Of a stretch of DNA of 64,000 bases, positions 13,169 to 23,100 are shown in pieces. Positions within the stretch are counted from its first letter, which is position 1. Each line of letters opens with the position of its first letter. The position numbers and the translations under genes were made by a program. This DNA is from Phoronis australis. Lineage: Eukaryota > Animalia > Phoronida. The stretch covers positions 70,045-134,044 of the forward strand of contig NMRA01000198.1 of NCBI GenBank assembly GCA_002633005.1. Reading direction: 5' to 3'. The notes beneath the pieces were generated by a model that saw only the letters and a list, made by a program, of their open reading frames with translations, searched no databases and was not told the DNA's origin.

Positions 13169-14367
13169 AAGGGGTGGACTCAAGAATCAAATCGACATTG
13201 AGAAGACGTTGTCACCTTCTCAATTGAAAAATATTAACCAAAGTTTGTGAAAATCCATCAACGACCTGGGTTGATATTAAAAAAGAAAACAAGAGAGACA
13301 CACAGGATGATCATTATCTACTAAAGGGAGCAATATTCATTAAGTAAAACCTAAAATGGTCTCTAGGAGGCGCAAAGCAAGTCAGCAATTCTGTTCTCAA
13401 TAAGAAGGCACCTTTCATCATGATTCTTCAAGGACAAGCGAACGACAATGAAAAGATGCGAAAATTTGGTAGTGGATATGTCTCCTCGAGGGTTATCCGG
13501 AATGTGTTCCATTTCTCGCTCTAGCTTGCCGTTTTTGAGATATTTCAAATTTACTGATCTGAAGTCTGTTCTTTTATTGACTGGATTCCACACTGCAATT
13601 TTTTGTCAATCACATACTTGCTATAGGTTGCATTTTATAGCCGATCAACACAATTTATGCACAACATGAAAAGGTCCATTTCAGACAATAAATTGCACTG
13701 TGGTGACTATTTTTGGAACGATTAGTTACAAAGCTCTCACTCCGTGGTCCTTTAAATTAGGAGAATCTTCCGAAATTTGATACTTTTTGTCAGGGGCTTA
13801 TGGAATCCACCACCCACTTCTCATTTTGACTAATTGCTCTCAAATTATTCAAGATTTCATCTGATTACTGCTCTTATATTGACCGATTACTCAGTGAACT
13901 TTTGCTAGTTTGTTATTTCTTGTGTGTCATGGTTGTCAAGGAAGTGCATGTTGGCGCTGTTGGTTTTGTCATCCAAGTCTTATTTCTCTTTTTCATTCAA
14001 TTTTACCAAGAGATGCTCCGTAGATATTGGAGGCTAAGTTATCAAAACCATGCCTGGCTTAGCATTGCCTTTAGTGCCCAGTAGTATGCAGCCATATCAT
14101 TTTTCCTCAATTTACCCATAGTGGTAATTATCTGAAAATAATTCCATCTAAAGGTAGATGACAGGTGCTACTGCTGCCTTACAAAGTTAGTGACACGACC
14201 AGTCAAACCGATTACCTATTGCCCCATGACCTTTTGCCCCATGACCTACGTCTGGTTATAATCAAACCACATGCTCAGACTATGGGCAAAGCCAGGTGCA
14301 GCAAAATCAAACTTAATTCAAGGGTGACACATAATATTAAGAGATTTTTCAACCTGTAGCTATAGTG

Positions 14368-16314
14368 ATGGGTCCTTTAGCAAGGCTCTTTATGATTAGC
14401 ACACTATGTTCTCTCACAATTCTGACCACGCAAAACCACTGGTCAATGCCGCAGCAGAATGACGACAACGACAAAGCTACCATGGCGCAGATCAGTCAGC
14501 TACAGAAGACAATACAAGATGTCAAAGCACTTGTCACATCAAACATTAAGGATGTGAAAACTCAACTTGTGCAGGTCCAAGGCACTGTTCAGCAGTGTCC
14601 TGTTCAGCGTGCTAGCACCTGCCAAAGGACAGTGAACAACTTCAAGCAAAAGTACACCAACACACTAGACAGCAGGTGTCTACCAAACTACTGGCGCTCT
14701 GGTCACAGTTGTTACAGGGTTGATTCTGGTCCAGTTGACTGGTGGTCAGCATTCAGAGAGTGTGACAAAGATGGTGCAGACCTTGTGTCTATACAGACAT
14801 CTAAAGAGAATGAGGAAGTAAGAAGACTGATGGCGCACACAGGCGGCTCAGTGTGGACAGCTGGTAATGACCAAGTACAAGAAGGCCGCTATGAATGGGC
14901 CTCCAAAATGACGAGAGCAATGACCTATTCTAAATGGGGACCCGGTAAGTAGTAGACATACATCGTTAAGACATATGTTGAAAAAGCACAATAATTGTTA
15001 AATTATAGATACAAATTCGTATCACGTTGAGCAAGTTAAATCTTATTACTGGCAAGTTGATGATGACCAATGAATGCATACTGAGTATTCATGGCCACTT
15101 TTTATTCTACTTTTCATCTGACTATAACTGTTCAATGATCTCTGTGTACTGTAGTTGAATCACCAGGAACAGTTTGGCTACTTTTAATAAACAACTGTCA
15201 CAGAATTTTGAAGAAACCAAATCCAAAGCCTAGAGCACTGTATAGACTGTTCTTAATAACAAAAAAATGCAAGGAAAAAACAGTAGTTTGACAAAGAAAC
15301 GATCAACACCAACAAAGATCAAGTTAGTGGGTGGTGTAAAGGAGCGTAGAATTGTTATATTTCGTATTCAGCTCAAATTCGATCTTGTGTCCCAAACAGT
15401 ACTTCATCCTCGCCATCTATGTTTTTCAACTAAATCATAATTTGACAGCTTCAACGTCTATTCGATATACTACTGTATCAACCCTCATAATGGAAAGTTC
15501 CTACAAGTCAATCGAGCTATAAATTCAAGACAATCAGAGAGAAGGAAAAATTTAAGAACTAATAGCGTCCTCCACCTATAATCCCACAAATTTCCATTCC
15601 TAACAAAAGCAAGATGTTTTTGATGAGCTTGCGACATTCAATTTGTAGAACAATGAATAGAAAATTAAAAAAGGAAAATGCTTGCAGGATGGACCAGTAG
15701 GTGGCAGATGGTCAGCTGTACAGACATTCAGAAATGTTTGTCAGAGCACAAAGTGAAATCATTTTACCATTTAGTAACATTTTGCAAATATGTCAGAACT
15801 ATCAATTCGACTGAACTATCAACAGTTTTTAACAATTTTTCCCCAGGTGACAAAAGTAGAATATAATTTGGCCATGGTTAGATCTAATGGGTGACAAACT
15901 GTGAAAAATATACAAGTTGTCATCACAATATCGATTAATTTAGATTGGTTTGACCTAATTCTTCCAGTTGAACAGTGTCATAAAAAACTACAGCAAAGCA
16001 TGATGGGAGCATACAACAGGCTCCAGGCTGCTCTTTCATGGTATTCAACTGTTGTGGTATGTAAGGTTAAATGTAGGATGTGCAGTTTTTATTTTACGAA
16101 CTGAGCACCACAAATGCTAACCCAGGGCTATCTTTCTTAAAGAGTATCATTCTCCAAAATGCTTATAGTAAACAGTTGTCATACAATTTTTACAGGAGAA
16201 CCTAACAACTACGAGGGCCATGAAGACTGTATTGAATTCACTTCAGGTGGAACTTGGAATGATAATGGATGCAACAGAGCAATAAATGGGTTCATTTGTG
16301 AAATGAATGCTTAA
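14368..16314 (+). CDS. Secreted C-type lectin (lectin 4; EPN type, close paralog of lectin 2); exons 14368-14944 and 16196-16314
   Basis: ATG at 14368, signal peptide then QNHWS, QCPVQRASTC neck. Donor G|gtaag at 14944, acceptor tttacag|GA at 16195. Exon 2 reads EPNNYEGHEDCIEFTSGGTWNDNGCNRAINGFICEMNA*. AATAAA near 16343. Confidence 0.92.
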
Positions 16315-18582
16315 TGAGTATGTGCAACATACTGAATTATTCAATAAAGATGTATTGGAGAAAGAATGGATGACATGTTCATTAAGTCTTGTGAGAATTT
16401 GAAGTACCCTAATATCTACTTCTCTTTCTTTCTTGTTTCTATGAGAAATGCAACAGCATTCAGTTTTCAGACAAAATGGCTCTGTATCGAGAAAGCAACT
16501 CCACTGACCAATGTGAGGAGTGGCTATCTAGGGGTGTGTGCCAGTGAACGGGTGCGCGTGTGTGAGTGACTTGGTGCGCCCTAGTGATAGGCTATCTAGA
16601 ACTAAGATGACAACTATACACACTATCAACCAAACAGAGGAGAAATTATCTCAGGCTGACCATTTCTGATTCCATTTGCCAATGGATGAAAAAAGTCATG
16701 TCACTTGGCAACACCAAAATATCTCCAATTTGTTTATTTCCACATAAAAGTTGACTCAACTATGTTCAAAATGATTATCAGGACCAAAAAAATTCCATGA
16801 TAGTTAAAACCAGACAGTATTCACAAAATTTGAATTATTCCATGAAATATGAAGTTTTGAATGGAATTCACATATTTCCGGATTAGATACCAGAATTGTA
16901 ATATTTCTTGGTATTTTAAATGCCAATGAAAACATATTAAATGCTATCAAATTCAAGACTGATTCTGATCACAACTCCATTGACGATCACTTTGCAGCAA
17001 ATATGGTCAAGTAGTTCTACATTTTATTTCAAGGTGAGCTGTTCTCCTCGTTTTGAGAAACAAGTGGCGTGGTGGGCTTATAAATTTTTAAGAAACCGGA
17101 AGAAATTGAAATGGAACTGTATTGAAATGGAATGGAACTAAAATGGAACATATGTCAATGTCAATTTCTTAACTGGATTGCTACCAAATGCTCTTCCAAG
17201 GTTAACAGACACTGTAACCATATTATCATGCTCATCGGAGGTTTATAAACATTACCATATTACCATATTCATCCGAGGTTTAAAAACCACTACCATGTTA
17301 CCATGCTAATCCGAGGTTTAAAAACAATCTGTACTGCCACTCTCATCCGATGTTGAATTGAAACCAAAGGTCAGTCAGTATCTCAAGACACTGGCAATTC
17401 ATTTTTTAAATTTGCAACTTTAGGATTGACTTAATTTTGAAGCATTATGTTGAGTTTCTGATGGTATGACGTTATTTATAGTGTGGTCACAGTAACGAAC
17501 ACACCACAGCTGATTATATACGGTTACATTGTAGTTCAATTCACTTTTTGTTTTTAGGCAGGTCAAATAGAATTTTGAAAAAATCATTGTCAATAGATTA
17601 TTTACCTTAAAATGATCTATCAGTCACTTATCTGAGTGTGAAGAATGACATTCACTTAGAGTGCAGCCCACACAATCGAGCAACACCACTAGCACAACAT
17701 GAAGTTGTACACAGCTGTAGGTAACATGCTTCAAATAAGAGAAAACAGAAATGTGATATTGTGTGCTTCACTGGTTCCACAAGCTGATAGTTGAGCAGTT
17801 GAGAAGCAATCATAATTAAATGTGATGATTAACTGAAACATAAACAAAGTGTTTCATATAACTCCACAAAGCAGCATCAAGCAACAGGGCATCAGAGAAA
17901 TAGCTATGGATGCAAAACAGTAGAACTGACACTAGGAGGCGCCAAAGTACTCAAAAATGTCCAAAAATCATTACTTGCAATACCCTTCCCAGCAAGAACA
18001 TATTAACTATCAAATGAATTTTCATGACTATTAAAGTGATTTGGGCGATAGATGGACACCGAAAATATGCTCCAAAATAATAAATATGGCCACTAGGAGG
18101 TGTACATGAAAATCAAGAAAGGGTCAAAACTCTGCATGACAAATCAGAATATGGTGGAGAACTGCATTACGGCACACTTCCTTAAAAGTTTGCTTGAACA
18201 CAGAAGCACAATTTTATTGTATGATTGTGTGAAAATCAATAACAACCCACAATTTGGGAAAGTATTTAATTTGGTTGAATCACAAATGCAGATACTTAGA
18301 CAACACCACTAGCTTTTAAGAAACCGCTTGGAAACTAAGGTCCCGCAAATACTTTTTCAAACACGAAAGCAAGGACTGTTACAGGTTGCTGATGCACATC
18401 TGAAGTGACAACGTGTGGGAAGAGGCAACAAGCAGACTCTTATCAAACTTTGACAACTCAGACTATCCTATGACAATCTGGTGGAACAAAGCAGCTGATT
18501 AAATAGGTTGATAGATATCCCAGGGACTGCTCATTAGATTTTAAAACGGAAGTTGACAGTCCATTGCAGAGAGTGGCTCAAT

Positions 18583-19491
18583 ATGAAGGCCTCCCCGAGT
18601 ATAATCTTTGTGTTGATCGCACTAAGCACAGTATTACAACCATCAAGTTGTGCTGATGTAGCCCGCAGCATGAGAATGCTCCAAATGCTACAGTCGTCAC
18701 TTGAATCCTACATCAAGGAACAGCTGGCACTAGTCAAGAAGGATATAAGTCAACTATCCAACATCAAGAAGGCCGACTGTTGTCAGAGTCAAAACAGCAA
18801 CTGCCAGGAAATAGATGGTCTGATGCAGAGTATTCCCAAAGAAGAGGTATGTCCACCTCAATACAGTCGTCATGGCAACTCCTGTTACAAAGTGGTTAAA
18901 TCAGGCAAGCCTTGGTGGGATGCTCTGAATCACTGCCGTATGGAGCGAGCTCACTTGGTGGAAATCGAGTCATTACAGGAACAGAAGTTCGTCGAGAAGC
19001 TAATCAACGACAACGGTCTTTCGGTAGTGTACTTAGGAGGCCATGACCTTGGACAAGAGGGAACATGGACATGGGTTTCCACAGGAAGCAAACTCTACTA
19101 CAGTGACTGGCGACCACGTAAGTCAAATATGAGCAGACTACATAAATAGAACACAAGTCAAAACAAAGAAATGTTCAGGCATTGCTTACAAAATCCAATA
19201 TTGGACTAAACAAGTCAAATACCAACAAAGGGAAGAGTTTCAAAAATCAGGTCAGCCATAGACCAATGAAAGATATTAACCTTTAATATTTAGATGTTCT
19301 ATCCTATACTCATTAGATGCAACAGCAACACATCCGCATTACTACTTGTACTTGCAGTAGAGCCCTACAACGATGGCAACGTGGAACACTGCTTGGCCTA
19401 TCAGAGAGCTTACAACACGCCTGGTAGCTGGAATGACATAACGTGCGATGGAAATGTACCATTCATTTGTGAAAAGCCAGCGAGGATTTAG
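18583..19491 (+). CDS. Secreted C-type lectin (lectin 5; atypical EPY motif); exons 18583-19117 and 19358-19491
   Basis: MKASPSIIFVLIALSTVL signal, coiled coil, CCQSQNSNC neck, CPPQY..CYK...WWDA..HC...AHLVEI. Donor C|gtaag at 19117, acceptor cttgcag at 19351-19357. Exon 2 reads EPYNDGNVEHCLAY...WNDITC...FICE*. Confidence 0.92.
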
Positions 19492-20127
19492 TGGCAAGGA
19501 CAAGTTCACCAATTAATTGAGACGTGAAGAAGAAATTTCAAATCAAAATTCACGAACAATGACCATGTGATTAAAATTAATGTGAATGTCAGAATTGTTC
19601 ATCTGGCTAATATGTTGTCAAATTATAGCAATTTCTTTTTTTTTTGCTTCACTCTTTTAAAGTAACAACAGAAACACTTGACGAAACCCAGAATGGGGTT
19701 CATCACCACTGTGCACAAATTCAAACACACTTTAACCGGGGTTAATTGGCGAATGAACAAATGAACATCTCAGATAAGAGTTGGTATGTCAATGAATGAA
19801 CAAGCACACTCAGGCTGAAGATGATCAAATGATGAATGCCCGAGCACAAGTACACACAGATACCCCCCACAATGACATGCATAGAAACACAGACACTGGC
19901 ACACATAGATACACACACTGGTACATACAGACACCCACACAATAGCACACACACAGATGACCACAGCCATTGAAAAATAAGCAATGCATTGGGCTACAAC
20001 TTGACCTTCAAACCGTAACCAATAACAACATAGATTTTTTTCTACCATTAATTATTTTATTTTTTAAATATCATAAGATTGTTAAGTTAATTTGCATTTT
20101 TCTGACACTAAAACACAGTCAACTTAC

Positions 20128-23100
20128 TCTGGTCTAACTGGTAGTCAACGCCCTTTACTTGGCTTTTCTTCATCATGTAGTATTTGAGTGAGGTCAGCCA
20201 AACTTCAATTTTCTCCTATCAAAAAGTATCACAAAATTTAAGATTATAGCAAAGAAAAATGTATGTAAACAAGTCTGCAGCACGGACGCTGCATAACCAC
20301 CATCCAGCAGTTAGACTACATTGCATGGCAAACCATAATTTTTTTAACCTAAATTTTTAACTCCAAACGGAAGGTAACTATAAGACACATTCAAGTTCCT
20401 GTCCATCCACTTCAAAATTTAGAAAACATTATCAGCACACTCTGGCCTTGCTTCTTGTCTTACCACGTAATAACACAACGTGATATTCACAAATGGTTCA
20501 ATTCACATCATTTTCTTTCCACGAAAGGCGTTGCGCTGAACATGATTCACTGATTCTGGAGAATAGGTTGGCCATTCGGTCTCTAGAGGCATTGCAGTAT
20601 AAGATTATCACTTACTTAGACACGTGGTATGTTGGTTGCAGATGTTTCGACCTGGTCCGTCAGGTCTTTATCAATGAATGAGGTATTTCCTGCCTTTCAC
20701 TGGTTAGAAATGTTTGAATACAGGGGGGGGGGAAGTGGAGACCTTGGTCCCAGTTCAAGAGGGGGCGCTGAATGCTGATGTTTATGGACTCTTTTAGCTT
20801 GCGAGCATACCAGTTCTGTTGGCGACTGGGCATTCCATCTTTCTTGCGATCCTGGATGACGCAAGAGAGATGGAATGCCCAGTCGCCAACAGAACTGGTA
20901 TGCTCGCAAGCTAAAAGAGTCCATACATCAGCATTCAGCGTCCCCTCTTGAACCAGGACCTAGACTTACCTCCCATGTATTCAAACATTCTTAACCAGCG
21001 AAAGGCGGGAAATCCCTCATTCATTGATAAAGACCTGGCGGACCAGGTCGAAACGTCTGCAACCAACATACCATGTGTCTAAGTATGTGATCATCTTATA
21101 CTGCAATGATTCACTGATATTCAAAATCCAAACAAGAGCAATACACTTTAACTTGTTACATATTGAGACAAGCACAAAACACAAAATTGCCACAGCATGG
21201 AACCAAAGTCCAAAAACCAGTGGCAGCCTCAATAGGGTCACAAATGTCATCCACAACATAATTTGGAAGATACCAAAGTATAGAGTTGACAAAGAAATCT
21301 GCTATAACCACACGTTTACATGGAAAAAAAAGAAACTGTCACTAGGGGATGCAACGTTAGCTGTGCTCTCTCTCTTTAATAAGAACATGTAAACCAAATT
21401 TCTCAGAAATCCATGAAAAAGTTCAGATACTGAAACAGAAGCGAAACAAAAAATGGGGAGCGCCACTACAGTAGTAAGATCCATCCTAAAGTCAACACCA
21501 GGTGTGCTTTCCTCAATAACAATACATATTTTAAATTTCATATCCTTGTGCAAATTGGCAGACTGAGAGGTGGATGCTTAAAACTAAAAAATAACATAAA
21601 AAATCGCAGCAAACTGGGATGGTGTCGTCGTTGTCTGAAAAAATTCTATTTCTCAGATTTTTATATAAAAGTCCATTAAGGAACATGGTAGATACAGAAT
21701 GACAGTACATGCAATAACTTGGTTATAATTGCTATTGGGGAGACACAGCGGTAATCAGATCCATCAGCATGTTGTTGTTATCCATTGTCAGCTTCTCAGG
21801 AACACATGCGCCAAATTTTATTATGATCTTGTAAAGGGTGCTGGAGATAGGGCAGAGGACTCAAGACAGAGATGATGGAATTATGTATATGCCAGCACAC
21901 AAAAACCAAATGAAAGTAATACCTTGATGACCATAAGATAAAGATGTCCACCAAGCAGAAGTTCCTGGTTCATTGGGTTGTCAGCACTCTCAGCGGCACA
22001 CTCTCCCTTGGCCAGAGCAAACAGCTTCTGAGTCATGTGAACCAACAGATTGAACTTGTCCGTGTTGGTCTCCAGGTGAATACATATACACTGGCTGAAA
22101 ACATGTATTTTTGGTCATGATTCGTCAACCTGTGACCAGGTACTATAGACTAAACATGGGAACAAATACAAAGAAAGCTTCACCAAGAGAACAGAGAGCC
22201 GTGCAAGAGACATACTCTCCTAGACAGGAGTGAAGATAAGTGCGCATGGACAGCAGGCTTCATCACACAGGGAGAAACCTGTGCATGGACAGTAGGCTAA
22301 ATCACGATGGCTCTACGGTTACATAATAAAACACTAGACTTGATAATGGGTCTGCGAACGCATAATAAAATACTAGACTTGATAATGGGTCTACGAACGC
22401 AAAATAAAACACTAGACTTCATAATGGGTCTACGAACGCATAATAAAATACTAGACCTGATAATGGGTCTACAAACGCATAATAAAATACTAGACCTGAT
22501 AATGGGTCTATGAACGCATAATAAAGCACTACACTTGATAATGGGTCTACGGACACATAATAAAACACTAGACTTGATAATGGGTCTACGAACGCATAAT
22601 AAAGCACTACACTTGATAATGGGTCTACGGACACATAATAAAACACATCTATCTGATGGGTCCATGTTCAAAAATAATAAGACGATGTTTACTATAAGGT
22701 ATATGATAGCATAAGAACGCATGACACTTTTAATGAGTCTAATGTCACATCATAACATNCATAATAAAACACTAGACTTGATAATGGGTCTACGAACGCA
22801 TAATAAAATACTAGACCTGATAATGGGTCTACAAACGCATAATAAAATACTAGACCTGATAATGGGTCTACGAACGCATAATAAAGCACTACACTAATTT
22901 GATAATGGGTCTACGGACACATAATAAAACACATCTATCTGATGGGTCCATGTTCAAAAATAATAAGACGATGTTTACTATAAGGTATATGATAGCATAA
23001 GAACGCATGACACTTTTAATGAGTCTAATGTCACATCATAACATAGGACACTTACTTGTGCCTATAGCCATGTAATGACACTTACCAAGAATGTGTCTAG

